In this document: positions 42,891-61,639 of the stretch, one piece after another
How the letters are laid out: each line of letters opens with the position of its first letter
How positions within the stretch are numbered: the stretch's first letter is position 1
Source of the DNA: the human T2T-CHM13v2.0 reference genome, Homo sapiens
Reading direction: 5' to 3' (one strand)
DNA length: 64,000 nucleotides
Assembly (NCBI RefSeq): GCF_009914755.1
Contig: NC_060932.1
Translations under genes and position numbers: made by a program
The notes under the pieces: generated by a model
Seen by the model: the letters and a program-made list of their open reading frames with translations, nothing else
Told to the model about the DNA's origin: nothing
The model's database searches: none

Positions 42891-43378
42891 TGTCGTAACC
42901 AAACCCAAGTCCAGCTGCAAGTGCAGCTACTCAGAGGTCAAAAACTCAAGAATTGAGGTATGCTGAAAGGAAGTAATTTTATTCAAAGGCTAGCAGCTGG
43001 GGAATGGCCAGATTCATGCCTTTAAAAGATCATTCCTCATCACTACGCTGAGGAGAAGGATTTATACAGGGGAACTTGGAATGGAGGCATGTGAAATGGT
43101 GCTGGGTCCAAGGTCTGTGTGTCTTGTTCCAGCGGCCATCTTGAGTCACAGTTCACCTGGAGTATGGGCTCGCATCATCTCGACAATGGCTGGGTTGTAG
43201 ACTAACTGCCTTAACGTGATCTCTGGAATTTCACAGCTAGGTCTCCATGCCTGGTTTGTCTCAAGATTAGCCCCTGAAACTTCTAAGAAAGCACGTACTT
43301 AGATAGGCTAGCAGTGCAAAGAAGTATCTGATGAGAAGGGAGGGAAGCAAAGAATTTTAAAGTATCACATATTTCAAG
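42891..43378 (-). mobile_element. ERV1-type LTR, truncated
   Basis: Begins tgtcgtaacc; reverse polyA signal ttttattc ~42978; typical LTR composition; family not assigned. Confidence 0.5.
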
Positions 43379-43728
43379 GCTAGTCTCAAACTCCTGACCA
43401 TAGGTGATCTGCCCCTCTCGGCGTCCCAAAGTGCTGGGATTACAGGCTTGAGCCACTGCGCCAAGCCCAAAGGAAGACTCTTGGGAGAGGATGAGAAAAA
43501 TTGGTACGTTTCTCACGTTTCCCGGGTTCATGACGCTCTCCTGCCTCAGCCTCCCGAGTAGCTGGGACTACAGACGTCCACCACCACGCCCAGATAATTT
43601 TTTGTATTTTTAATAGAGACAGGGTTTCACTGTGTTAGCCAGGATGGTCTCGATCTCCTGACCTCGTGATCTGCCCACCTCAGCCTCCCAAAGTGCTAGG
43701 ATTACAGGCGTGAGCCACTGCACCCGGT
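43377..43728 (-). mobile_element. Two truncated Alu fragments (43377-43467 and ~43520-43728)
   Basis: Reverse left-monomer piece, 50 bp of unassigned DNA, then an AluY-like copy lacking its 3' end. Confidence 0.85.
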
Positions 43729-45153
43729 CTAATCTCTTCTCTTATAGATGACCCAGCCTCAGGTATTCCTTTATAGCAACACAAATGGACTAAGAAAGTT
43801 TATGAATAATAATTAGAGAGATAAAACAGCTGCTATGCTAGGTCTCCTGACCATGTATCCAAATTATTCAGATGAACCACATGCATTCTATTAATGGGGG
43901 TTCCAACATGGTCACCGTGTCCAAGATATGCTAATTCATCACTATCAGCACTGATGAGTTTGTCTTCTTAGTACTTTTCAGAAAAAAGGCCATTGTCTTA
44001 GCCCTGACATCAAAGTGTCTTCCCTTCCCACAGCTGCCCACAGAGCTGCATAATGATTCTAATCATGTCCCCCAAAAGTGCATTTAGGATAATTCTGTTG
44101 CTAGGATTTGTCAACCAAATTGGCATGATCTGTATGCTATCAAAACCCTCTACACCATCATTAAAAGAACCCCAGGAAAAAAAATTGGCAAACTGAGTAT
44201 ATACAAAGATAATAAAACCAGCTTGGCCCCATTTAGCCTTTGCATTTCTAAGGTATTGTTTTTCATTGTTTCGGCTTCCTACACCCAGCTTTATACGTTA
44301 ATGCAGGTTCTGAGGATGATTTTACATTTAGGGACTATGAGATAACACCAGAAGCGTAAGACCAATGGGAAATTAGATCAAACATTTGCTATAAGGAAAA
44401 AATCTGGCCGCAGTTGCTTGGTATCACATGTATCAGCAGCAGTTCTACTTCTAGAAGAAAATTATTTGAGATATTCAACAGTTTCATGCCACACAAGAGA
44501 ATCTTGCATCTTATCTGTCAGCATGGAGTGTGGTCAGGCTGTACCGGTTCAGCTGGAAGTGAACTGGCACCATCTGGCCACAGAACTATCAGACTTATAA
44601 AGTAAAGGTTTTGCTTGTTTAGACTTTTAAATAAGAACAGCCAAATCCGTAAAGCAGATAATAGAGATACAGCTAACAAGTCAGTAATAAAAAATGTAAC
44701 CAAATAAACTTTAGTGCTTACAGACATATTGAAAAGCACTGATTCTAAAGCTATCCTTTTTATACTCAAATTTTACTGTCACGTTCCTCCCCTCACCTTC
44801 AATTAAATTCTTGAGAATAATAGCAATAATCCACAGGACACTAAAAAGAGTTCGCAGATGAGATTGCTCAGGGAAAATATTGGCCCAGATTGATCTGATT
44901 CAAAAAGCTCTGCTTCTGGAAACAACACTGAACATTCTGCGTTGACTTGCTAAAGGTCTCAGTGTCACATGGACAACCAGTCGCTGACACCCTTGTCTTA
45001 TCGCCCCAGCCATCCCTGTCCATAGGGCAATATGCAAAGGGGACAAGGCATGTGACAGGTCCCTACTAGACAGAGTGGAAATCACGGGGGAACTGTGACA
45101 TGCTAAGGGTTTCCCTGTAGAGACTGAAAGTGATCAGAAAGCCTCCTGGTGCT

Positions 45154-45681
45154 CATTACTAAAGAAATAAAATATTCAATAATACTTGTTAAAATAAAGA
45201 AGGAAGGCTTTATTCTGGAGACCATGGCTATAGGCATAGAGACCACTGCAATAGGATTTTGCAGTAGGGGAGAGAGACGGGGCTCACCTCCGAATACAGC
45301 ATGAGCAAGTCGGAATGCACAGCCAAGGAGCAAGGTGGGGGCGAGGTCAGTGGGTGGAAAGTGACTAAGAGGAAACCGTAGGTCAGGGGGATGCTGTCTA
45401 AACCGACCTAACAGGATGCATGTTGAAAGCAGGCCAGGCTGATCAGACATCACCAGTGGGATGGCAGAGGATGGGCAACCCAATCCAGTATCATCAAGGG
45501 TGATCAGATACTGATGGTGGCAGGTTCTTAACTAAACTGACTTAGCAAGATTTTTGCAAAAGCTGATTTTACAAGGAAGTGCACAGATGGGCCTAGGAGA
45601 AGGTTTGGGAGCCTGATAAATATATAGCTAATGAAATAAATATAGATCATGAAAGTTGGGTCATGCAAAGAATCTTTGTCA
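45154..45681 (-). mobile_element. MER31-type solo LTR
   Basis: ttactaaagaaataaaatattcaataatacttgttaaa...gggcctaggagaaggtt...aatctttgtca. Confidence 0.7.
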
Positions 45682-45711
45682 CCATGCTCTCCCAGAGTCT
45701 CTATTTTTATC

Positions 45712-46700
<989 letters not shown>

Positions 46701-46744
46701 GTGTTTTTTTTTTTTTTTTTAACTTTAAACTCTTATAATATGAT

Positions 46745-47016
46745 GGCATGGATACTGAAAGCTTGTTTGGGAGGCAGTAGATTGTAGTGGTTCAGAGGAT
46801 GGGCTCTGAGGTCAGACTAGCTTGAATCTCAGTTATGTTGCTTGGGAGCTGTGTGACCTGATGTCAGTTACCTAACCTCTCTGTGCCTTTGTTGCCTAAT
46901 CCATAGCATACAAATTATCTTCATGTCTACCTCCTAGGGCTGTTGTAAAGTTGATAATGTAAGCAGAGTGCTTATCACAGAGGTTTGCACATGGTAAGCA
47001 TTCAATAAATGTTAGC
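46745..47016 (+). mobile_element. MIR
   Basis: gggctctgaggtcagac...gctgtgtgacct...cctaacctctctgtgcct...caataaatgttagct. Confidence 0.75.
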
Positions 47017-47019
47017 TGT

Positions 47020-47400
<381 letters not shown>

Positions 47401-47568
47401 TAAAATTACCCTTTATCCTGAAGATATTTCTTATTATAGATTTTGAGATTTATCCATGCTCACATTTTTTCTTACAAAAATTAAAAACCATAGACATTTT
47501 GGTTGACTCTGTCTTCTTGCTAACTATAAATTGTAAACTGCTTTGTGAAACCATTATTGTACTTTTAA

Positions 47569-48112
<544 letters not shown>

Positions 48113-49027
48113 TTTACATCATCACTTTTAATGGCTGCATAATCCCTTTTGGGGAAGATTCCACAATTTATTTACCTGTACTAGGTCTCCCTCAGGTTGA
48201 GGTCCCCAGAAGCAGAGTCTGAGGTAGGGACACGCACCTGGAAGAAAGCAATTGGCAGGCAAGGGAGCAGGACACGGAGGCCGGCACCCAGCACAGGTGC
48301 GATCTCAGCAGAGCCCTCAGAAGGCAGCTTGAGCCTGAGTCCATGGGAGTAAGAATGCCTCGGAATAGCCCGAAGCCAAGGCAAGGATGCTGGGATTTGT
48401 ACTCACTCCCCTGTGGGTTTCCTGTTCACTCTCCTGTGGGTTTTCCCGCTCACTGACCTGTCTGGTGTTGGATAAGACTCAGCCAGGGTCCCTTCCACAT
48501 CTCTGCACACACAGACAAAGCTGGCGCGCGTAGCCTGCAGCAACTGATGCTACTGCTCGAGCAAAACTCACACCCAAGGACACGCACACACAAGAAATTC
48601 ACCCCTGTGGTCAGGGGAGACCACCAGCATCATCCCCTCTAAGGACCCATACGTGAATCAAGTCTACTCCAACAAATGAATGTGTGCAGAGAATACACGC
48701 ACGCCCAGCCATGGGTCCGTGTAACCCTTTTTCCATGAAACATCCAGAACACCTCCCATTTGCCAATTCCCATGTGGGGCTCTCTCTCACTCCCCTGGTT
48801 GCACAACCCCATGGGCCTCACAGCTCAGCTGCTTCTTGTCTGCAAGTGAAAGACGTCAGAAAGCCTGCGAGCCACGGACCGGAGAGCAGCAGCAGTCAGA
48901 CCACATCAGTGAATTACTGTAGTATCGATCCTCACAGCAACAATGTGGCAGCCTTAGTGGTATCTGCCTGGGTCGGGGAGTAGTTACAAGTGCCAGCTAC
49001 GAGCTTAGATGCTGTAAGAGTCCTTCC

Positions 49028-49327
<300 letters not shown>

Positions 49328-49768
49328 GTCCTTCCAGCCTCTGTAAGTAATCTGAAAAATACCCAGGAGGGACACTGTGGGAATTCCAGTTGGCATTCTT
49401 TTTTCTTGTCGTTTTTAAGCCTCTTTTAATACTTTATTTTAATACATTTTATCACAATGGTGGAAAGTAGAAAAGTATCTTTATTTTCTAGACTACTGGG
49501 AGTTGGAAAATGGAAAATGCCTTATACCCTGGCATTGGCTCTACAGGAGCCTCCTTGCCGGAGGGAAGAGGTGGGTTCATCTCAAAGAGAGGGATGTGTG
49601 CTTTTGATCCCCATGTTTCTGTCTAGCCCAGGCCTGAATGCCGACTACAAGCTAAGCAGGTTACATCATCTCCGTAAGCCTCCATTTCTTCAGCTGTAAA
49701 ATGGGGGTAATTCACAATGTAATGTCTGCCTCATAAATTTGTCTTGAATACTAAGTGTGCAGATGTAA

Positions 49769-50141
<373 letters not shown>

Positions 50142-51237
50142 TTCTAGCCTGTGATTCTGATTTCTCCTCTAATTCAGATAGATCATGTGTTCAGTAGGGT
50201 TTTGGCACCACCTATAATCATGAGAAATAGCAAAATAAAAGCCAGAGGTGTGCGGATTGTTAAGCAAAAGCCCTGAGTGTCTGTTAGGCTCCCTCAGTGA
50301 TCTGAGATGCAAAGTGCAGGGCCTCATCGGCGTTGAAGATGGAGATGGTTGGGAAGACAGTGAGCAGCCAGGAAGAGGAGCCCAGCCGGAGGGGAACTCA
50401 GAAGCCAAGTGCAGGGAGTCAGGGCTCCCCTGAAGTGGGGATTTGGGGAACAATTGACAAGACAGTCAGAACAATGCAGGCAGGGAACACCCCTTTCCCC
50501 CAGAGCCGTGGTTACTAAGGCAGGTGTCCCCCTTACAGGGCCCATCTGAAAGGTACATACTGGCACCTGCTACCTTCACTGATTGGTCTGCAAAATCCAA
50601 CCATGGCTCAGAAATCAAACAACTGACTTACAGGCAACCTTTCCGATCATAACCCATTGTGAACTGAAGACCACACAAATATAAAAGCCAGTCCTCTCCA
50701 CTAAGAAGTCAAAAGTCATTGTTTTCCAGAGATCAAAAACAAATTAAAAGCCAACATATTTACAGCTATTTTCCATTTGTAGAGGAGATAGAAGAAATTA
50801 TTATTAGACAACTTTGCTCCACACTCCACCAAAGAAAAAATACATTCTTTAGTGTAATATATTTCTCAAGGTTAAAGAAAATACAGTTGAAAAATAATCT
50901 CTAAATTATTTCTAAAAATACAGCCTGTGTTTCTTTGTTTTCATCAGCATACCACTTCTGATTTATGTATTTTATCTGTTTAAATAAATAATTGAATTTA
51001 ATACTGCACATTAATTTTTAATTCACAGATAGTAAATCCTTGTTGAATGCAGTGAGTTTCACTTCCAAACAGTAACAAAATCAAAATTTGCTGTGGGACT
51101 TAGCATATTAACTACAATAATCACACTTCTCATTTTCCTCACTTCTTCTAGACTTGCAAGACTGTCCCAGACTGTAAATGGAAAGAGGGGCCCACATGAT
51201 CCTCTTCTTGTATTTCCTGTAAAATAAAATCAAACTC

Positions 51238-51535
<298 letters not shown>

Positions 51536-52031
51536 TTATGTATGTTCTCAGGGCAGTATGTAGAGACTGTCTCTCGTTCCATCAGTTGATTCCCTGTAAA
51601 CTGTCCAATTTTATCCAAGAGATTGACAGTGAGACCATTTTCCTATATTGTTAGACTTCCTCGTAGAGCATTTGTGTAACATTTCTTGTGACTTCACTAG
51701 CTTCTGAGTGAGAAATGTTTATAAGTAGGATTACCAATGCCTGATATCACAAATCTTAATTGTTGGGGAAACTAATAAGGAAACCATACTCAATTTGTTT
51801 TATGAAACAGACAAAAGATTTAGTCATTCACTAAACAAGAATAAATTGTATGAACCAGCCTGATACTTCACTTTGAAGATATTTAATTGTTCAAATTCAA
51901 AGCAGCATTATCACGCCTAATACTGGGTAAGTATGCACACGTACGTGGCAGATATTATTTTTTCAAATTACAGCCAGAAAGGGACAATATGAGGAAAAGC
52001 AAAGAGAGCGTCATCCTGCTGTTGATTTATG

Positions 52032-52411
52032 TATCTGTCTCAGTCATTCGGGGCTACTATGACAGAATCCCACATACTGGCTGGATTAAACAACAAACAT
52101 GTATTTCTCAGAGTTCTGGAGGCTAGAGGTCCCAGGTCAAGGTGCTGGCTGATTCAGTGTCTGGTGAGGGCCTGTGTCCTGATTCATAGACAGTGCCTCT
52201 CACTGCCTCCTCAAGTAGCTGAGAATGAGTGTTCTTGGGGCCTCTTCTTACAGGGCACTCATCTTATCATCAGGATTCCACCCTCACAACCAATCACCTT
52301 CCTAAGGCCTCTCTTCCCAGGACTTCGGCATATGCATTTGGCATTGTATTTTTGTAGAGACAGGGTTTTTACATATTGGCCAGGGGACACAAACATTCAA
52401 TCCACTGCATT
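52032..52411 (-). mobile_element. MLT1 (MaLR) solo LTR
   Basis: aacaacaaacatgtatttctcagagttctggaggct...tctggtgagggcc...ggggacacaaacattcaatcc. Confidence 0.75.
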
Positions 52412-53025
52412 ATGATTTTCAAATTACTATTGTTTAAACATACCTTCTCTATAGATGAACTTTTACTGCTTTTGCAAATAATATATGTTGCATGTCCAGG
52501 CAAAAAAAAAAAAAAAATGCTACAGGATCAGAATATGGTAATATTTAAAAATCCAGGATTCTCCATGTGCAAAATGTATGTTTTTAAAAATATTTTGGGA
52601 CAAACTAGCCTAACAAGATGTTGCATTGCAAAAAAATAAAATATTATAATCACAAATTATTCCCCATCCCTCATTTCCCTCCCTGATATTTCACCTTCTC
52701 TACACCCAGGAACAAGAGTTGATTTTTCTGGCTTACCATTCTATTGTCCTATTATTCTAGGCTGTGGGAACGTAACTGTGGAAAGAGAGTGAAAGAAAAC
52801 TCAGGAAGTAGGCTCCAAAGAACAAGCGTGTTCTAAATAGTACAATGCTAAATCAGAAGGATGCACAAGGGCATTAGTACCAACTATTGTGAGTCAGGAC
52901 ACTCATGATCTTCATGCTCTAACCAGCTTATAACACCAACCACAGACGTATCTGCCCTCTGTCAAACCCAACCCTGTTGGGAGGCCTGGAAACCAAAGAA
53001 ATGGTGACAATAACACCTGTGACTT

Positions 53026-53337
<312 letters not shown>

Positions 53338-53338
<1 letters not shown>

Positions 53339-53782
53339 GTGACAGACAGAATCATGTCTTCCCAAAGAAAGCCTGTGACAAGGTCATCTTACATAGCAAA
53401 GGGTACTTTACAGGTGTGATTAAATGAAGGACCTCGAGAGGGGAGATGATCCTGGATGATCCAGGTGGGCCCAATGTCCTCACAAGGGTCCTTACATGGA
53501 GGGTCACAGTCAGAGAAGGAGATGTGACCACAGAAGCAGAGGTTTGGGCAAAGAAGAAGCCATGAGCCAAGGAACACAGGCAGCCTCTGGAAGCTGAAGA
53601 AAGCAAGGAAACATTTTCCCCCAGAGCCGCCAGAAGGAACGCTGCCCCGTTGACACTTTTACTTGCCCTACTAAAACCCATTTTGGACTTCTGACCTCCA
53701 GAACTTTAAGATAATAACTTTGTGTTGTTTTAAGCCACTAAATTTGTGGTACTCTTTCACAGCAGCATTAGAAAACTCATAG
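53338..53782 (+). mobile_element. MLT1C/D solo LTR
   Basis: gggagatgatcctggatgatccaggtgggcccaatgt...ttgttttaagccactaaatttgtgg...agcagcattagaaaact. Confidence 0.82.
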
Positions 53783-54421
53783 AACATCCAAAGTTTCAAG
53801 GAAGTTGAGCTGGACAGGCATCCTTTGGAAAGTTTGCTTGGGGTGATCTAATGTTGCATGACATCCCTGATACCTGAAATGGCGTTAGGTATGAAGTATT
53901 CCTGGACACGACCTGCAGTTACTCCACCACTGGCCTGTCCCCAAGCCTTACAGGGAAGGACTTGGACCCATTCAGAGTCAAAACAAAAGACTTTGTTTCC
54001 TTTGTCCACTGGCCAGTGTCCGATGCGTGCCCATATAAAACAACAAGAATCACGGCCAGTTCCCCCTTCACTTACTTTCTTCAAGAAACATGTATGACGC
54101 ATCAGTGGTCCACGTGGCCCCGTGCTTAGTGATGCAAGGGAGGCAAAAACAGGTAAGTCCTGGACACTGGCTGCAAGGAACTTTTTGTTTCACAGGAGAA
54201 AAGGGTCATGAACATAAGGAACCACAGTGCAAGGGAGACATTGCTCAGTGCCAGCCGGGAGGTGAAGAGTAAGAGTTTAAACATTCAAGAAAAGCAATGT
54301 CAGTGCTCAACACGGAGCACATGCCCAGTAACTAGATGAGCTGGCATTCTAGCTGGAAAAGCCCAGGGTGAGTCACAGAAGGAAGCGGACTTTGACCTGG
54401 GTACTAAAGAATGGGAGGGTT

Positions 54422-54523
54422 TCGGAGGCTGAGGCAGGAGAATCACTTGAACTCAGGAGGCGGAGGTTGCAGTGATCCCAGATCGCACCACTGCACTCCA
54501 GCCTGGATGACAGTGCTAGACTC
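54422..54523 (+). mobile_element. 5'-truncated tailless Alu
   Basis: Right-monomer piece; perfect 15-bp TSD aagaatgggagggtt at 54407-54421 and 54524-54538. Confidence 0.88.
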
Positions 54524-54631
54524 AAGAATGGGAGGGTTACTTAAATGAGAGAAAAGAGCATTCTATGGAGCACAGAATAAAGATGAAAACAGAAAAGATG
54601 CACGCATATAAGAAATGCGCACCAGATTTAA

Positions 54632-55039
<408 letters not shown>

Positions 55040-55051
55040 CACAAGTCACTG

Positions 55052-55428
<377 letters not shown>

Positions 55429-55459
55429 TAAAAATATAGATGTGTACACAAACTTAAAT

Positions 55460-55520
55460 TATATATGTATACATATATATATACACACACACACACCCAC
55501 ACACACATATATATATATAT
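55460..55520. repeat. (TA)n(CA)n(TA)n microsatellite
   Basis: Directly visible. Confidence 0.85.
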
Positions 55521-55741
55521 GAAAAAGAGAGACAGAGGGAATATTCTATGAAGATTCATGAGATTCACATGTATGGATCTATGCAGAATACATGGAATGC
55601 ATGGATCTTAGTAGTAGTTATTTCAAGCACAGTGCCTGGCACATAATAAATACTTTACGTTTGTTGATTGTTTAATATTGGATATTTTCCCCTCTATTCT
55701 CTTCTGTTTCTTCTATTTTTCTCTTAAGAATAAGAACATGC

Positions 55742-56087
<346 letters not shown>

Positions 56088-56887
56088 TTATAAAAACATA
56101 TCAAGAGATGCCTTTCAATGTCATACGTTCATTTCCATTCACCTCTGTCCTGTGCAAATGGGAGTGCTTCTAGAAGGGAGCTTCTGCCGCTGTTGAAATG
56201 AGTCCATCCCCAGGGGGTCTGTGGCATTGGTGATCATGCTAAAATAAAAGGAAAACGCTAAGTGCCAGAGTCTGATCTTCCTCCACATCCCTGTAAGCCA
56301 AGTTCGCTTTGATGTTAAGTGCCAGCTGTGTGTTTGGATCAGCCTGAGAGGCACAGAGCAAGTGACGCCTTGCACTCTTTGTTCTTTCTCCTGTGGTGCT
56401 GGAGACGTCCCGTCCACAGGAGATGGCCCAGCCTGGGGGAGATGCAGATGCTGGGGGGAAGCACATGCACTGGCGATATGCAAATCACTTCAGAGTTACA
56501 CAGGTCGAGGTCATGATCAAATTACGCTTCCCAGCATAAACATTTTTATTCTCAATATTGATCATTAAAGTTTTTCAATTTTCTTAGTACTTCTTTCCTA
56601 ACAGTTCACCTTACCAAAGCACAATATGCAGATATTACGGATAAGAGAAACTTTCTCCCAGATTCTCCCCTTCAGCAAAGAGGTCAACAGTATCCGTGTC
56701 CCCTACTCAAATTGGAGCCATGCTTAGATTTCACCATTGCCAGTCCAAAAAGGGGTTTCACCTTCCCGTTGTTACAGAAGAGCGGTTCTCTTTGTCTGTC
56801 TTCTCCAACCATTTATATTCCTAATGTAATATAAAGCACACAGTTCAGGTAAATATTCTTGTCAGAATGTAACTCACTTTGCTCTAA

Positions 56888-57230
<343 letters not shown>

Positions 57231-57265
57231 TGGGCTCCATCATTCAAAAGTGTATTATCTGAACC

Positions 57266-57885
57266 TGTGTGACAGTTAATTTTGTGTGTCAATTTGGCTG
57301 ACCCACAGTGCCCAAATAGTTGGTCAAAAATTATTCTGGGTGCTTCCATGAGGTTGCTTTTGAATGAGATTAACATTTAAATTAGTGGACTTTGAGTAAA
57401 GTAGATTGCCCTCCGTAATGCAGGTAGGCCTCATCCAATCAGCTGGAGGCATAAATTGAACCAAATGACTGGCCCTCCCCAAGCAGAAAGGAATTCTCCC
57501 GCAGACTCTAACTGCACCATCAGTTCTTCTGGGTCTCCAGTTCCCAGCCCACCCTACAGAAATGGACTTGCCAGCTCATTTCAACAGCAGCAGAAGTTTG
57601 GTTCTAGGAACACCCCCATAATGTGTGAACCAATTCCTGGTAATAAATATCTTTTTAGATATAGATGATTAGATATAGATATAATAGATGAGAGATAGAT
57701 ATCGATGATATGGATATAGATATTGATAGATTTTAGATATATATAGATCATATATATACAGATACAGATGATATTAGATATAGATGATGTAAATATAAGT
57801 TATATAGATATAGATAGATATAGATACAGATGGATATAAAGATACAGATATATCTCCTGTAGGTTGTGAAGAACGCTGATTAATA
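57266..57885 (+). mobile_element. MLT2 (ERVL) solo LTR with internal (GATATA)-type low-complexity expansion at 57655-57853
   Basis: tgtgacagttaattttgtgtgtcaa...gagattaacatttaaatt...ggcctcatccaatcag. Confidence 0.8.
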
Positions 57886-58660
57886 GAGTGTGCCACACAT
57901 ACTTTCTGGATTCCCTTGCTTTGTGTCCTTGGCAATGCCTGCAGACCCCAATCTTAGATTGTCATTCAACTCACATCTTTGCACAGACTCTGTCTGCTTT
58001 TTGACTACCTCGTCTTCTGACCTACCTTGGTCTCTACCTGTGTTTGCCTTGGTGGCTGCCCCATCTCATATATCTGACCTCAGCTGAGCCCAATTTTCTG
58101 CTCCAATACTTCATCTCGCATAAAATAGGATGAACCAATAAGGTACATCAAAAGAGAGATTACATTTCTAGGAGCCAACCCACATGCTGATGCATATCAT
58201 GTCCCTGTGGTATTCAGACTTTCTATCTGCCATTAAATGAGAGTCTCATATCTGTTTCTTATTTGGATCCAAATACACTGTGGTAGTGGCTTCCTCGGCA
58301 CAGAATCTGACTGTCCATTTGTAGCGTCCTGCATGATGCTATGCAGAAATGCAGCATGTCCCAGAAAAGACGATCCGATAGTCCTGTCTGAAGATGAGGC
58401 CTCAGAGGGAAATGACCTCTACAATAATGACTTTAGATGCTTTTACACAGAATTTCAGTGCTTCAAGGATTTTCCAGTGCTGACATTTTTGTCTTCATAA
58501 CACAGAAGACTTTTCTGTTTTTGCTTTGTTTTGTTTGCACTTTAGTAACTATAGAAACAATTGTATAAATTTTCATTAGAATGAGCAGAGTGTCAGGGTT
58601 ATGCACGTTAATTGTACTAAAAATTATACATTGATTATAAGAGGGATAAATGCAAGCATA

Positions 58661-58970
58661 GGCCGGGGGTGGTGGCTCATGCCTGTAATCCCAGCATTTC
58701 AAGAGGTTGACGGAGGTGGATCACTTGAGGTCAGGAGTTTGAGATCAGCCTGGGCAATATGGCAAAACGCTGTGTCTACTAAAAATACAAAAATTAGCCA
58801 GGCATGGTGGCGGGCACCTGTAATCCTAGCTACTTGGGAGCCTGAGGCAGGAGAATCGCTTGAACCTAGGAGGCAGAGTTTGCAGTGAGCAGAGATCATG
58901 CCACTGCACTACACCCTGGGCAATAGAGCAAGACTGTCTCAATAACAATAATAATAATAATAATAAATAA
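58661..58970 (+). mobile_element. AluS with (TAA)n tail
   Basis: Alu dimer; followed by a short Alu fragment (~58980-59030) and a (TA/CA) tract. Confidence 0.9.
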
Positions 58971-59216
58971 ATAAAGTTTTTGAGCTCAGGAGTTTGAAAC
59001 CAGCCTGGGTAACAGAGATCCCATCTCTATTATGCTACATATATATGATATATACATATATATACACACACACACACACATATATGATATATATATATCT
59101 CTATAAATCATAAATGGTTAGTTATTCACAAAAGCAATGATTTTTCCACGGCTTACCACTCAGGGATAAATACAGAGTTTAAATAAAACATTTTATTTTA
59201 AAAGTACTATGTGTGA

Positions 59217-59509
59217 GGCCGGGCGCAGTGGCTCACACCTGTAATCCCAGCACTGTGGGAGGCCAAGGCGGGCAGATCATGAGGTCAAGAGATCGACACC
59301 ATCCTGGCCAATATGGTGAAACCCCGTCTCTACTAAAAATACAAAAATTAGCCAGGCGTGGTAGCGCACACCTGTAGTCCCAGCTACTCAGGAGGCTGAG
59401 GCAGGAGAATCGCTTGAACCAGGAGGCAGAGGTTGCAGTGAGCCGAGATCATGCCACTACACTCCAGCCTGGTGATGGAGCGAGACTCTATCTCAAAAAA
59501 AAAAAAAAA
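59217..59509 (+). mobile_element. AluSc
   Basis: TSD aaaagtac(t/c)atgtgtga. Confidence 0.92.
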
Positions 59510-60862
59510 GTACCATGTGTGACTTTTTTGCTTAGTTAACAAATACTTATTGAGTGTCTTCTATATGTAACCAAAAATAAATGTACCTTTCCTAAGTCTG
59601 GCTGAATGTGCGTCATACATAAAACCTAGTCTTAAATAATATAATTAGATAATCCTTATCATCATCTTCATCAACACCAAGTTACTCTTGCAAAAAAGGG
59701 AGGGGGAGGACTTATTGAAAGAATGCTTGACTAACATTCTAATCCTGTCATGTCCTTGCCTTTCAAGTAATCAAGCACATATATAAATTATAATATCATA
59801 TTCGAGTGTACTTCCTAACTTGCTCTCTATGGGAAATTTCATCAGAGCCATGTATATACTAATCTATGCTACTTGGCTGAATTAAACCAAAAAGAAACAC
59901 TTTCCAGAATCTCAATACCTGCTATGGATCTAAAATTGCAATGGTACATACTACACAAATAATATTCCTCAAGCCATACAGTCAATAGGCCCAGAAGAGC
60001 CCATAGGATTCCTGTAATAAACTACGGACTCAATGAGATAGCTCAGGTTTAAGATAAAGGGTAATAAAGATTCATGACCTGATAGAATAGTTTTACCTGA
60101 GGTGTCTGCAGGTTCTGAAGGGCAGGTTTGCACATAATTAAATATCAAGGAGTGCAGGGCACTCTGCATGCCTCCTCCTCTGTCTCTTCCTCCACCTGAC
60201 CATTGTTGGAATAAGATTATGTCTCAGAAGCAACCATCTATTCCATGCGAATTCTTTTCCCTCCAGCAGAGTGAACAAAAACTGACGTGGAAACCCAGAT
60301 ATAACAGAGTCGGGATTACCCGGGAAGGTTCAGCGTCTGAGTTTGCGGCTGGGTCCCAGGGGATAACGTTATCTATTACTTAGCTAAACTGGCTGATAGC
60401 TCCACTCATAGGCTGAGGCAAGAAGCTCCAGAAGTTCTCCCCATCCCCCTCCATGGGCCCAGGGCACTTTTTCCAGATTCTCCTCCAGCACACCTTCCCC
60501 ACTGCTCCCAATTTTTTCTGTGGTGTTGTTCTTATTCACTGCCCCCTCCCTTGACACTCCCGACTGACTGTGCTTGCAAGCCTGGCGTCTTGATGAGATC
60601 TCAACTTCAGCACCCTTTTGTTTTGTGTCTGGTGATGGGCTGGCCTTTCCCATTTCAAGGCTCTTCCTAAGCTCCAGAAACTCCACATTGCCTGTGAGGA
60701 AGAATGGACAGCCAGGAACAGGTGACGAATGATATATCTGTTTAATACTCAAGTTCCATGTCCCAGACCCGTATTATTAAACTGGGTTCCCATGGAGTCC
60801 TGGGGTTATGTTCAGGTGTTTTAGGGCACTGAAAAAGGGATCTTGACCTCTATCTCACACCC

Positions 60863-61224
60863 TGTGTTAGTCAGGGGTCTCCAGAGTAACACAGCCAATA
60901 GGATGTGTTTATAAATGCAAAGAGGTTATTATAAGGAATTGGCTCATGCCGTTATGGAGGCTGGCAAGTAAATATCTGCACTGTGGGCTGCAGGCTGGAC
61001 ACCCAGGAGAGTCAAGGGTGCAGAGGAAGTCCGAAGGCAGACTGCTGGAGGATTCACTCTTGCTCAGGGAGGCCAGACTTTTGGTTCTGTTCAGGCCTTC
61101 AACTGATTGCATGGGGCCCACCCACACTTTAGAGGGCCATCTGCTCTACTCAAAGTCCACTCATTTAAATATTAAACTCATCCCAAAACATCCTCTAAGT
61201 TGACACATAAAACTAATCATCACA
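60863..61224 (-). mobile_element. MLT2 (ERVL) solo LTR
   Basis: tgtgttagtcaggggtctccagag...ggaattggctcatg...aagttgacacataaaactaatcatcaca. Confidence 0.82.
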
Positions 61225-61332
61225 CACCATAATATTGCAGATCTAAAATGAAAAGACAATAAAGCATTTTTTAAAAATAGACTCTTTTTTTGCCTGTGTG
61301 TTAGAGAAATATATTAAACAAAACACACACCA

Positions 61333-61621
<289 letters not shown>

Positions 61622-61639
61622 TCAAGAAAGATGTAATGC

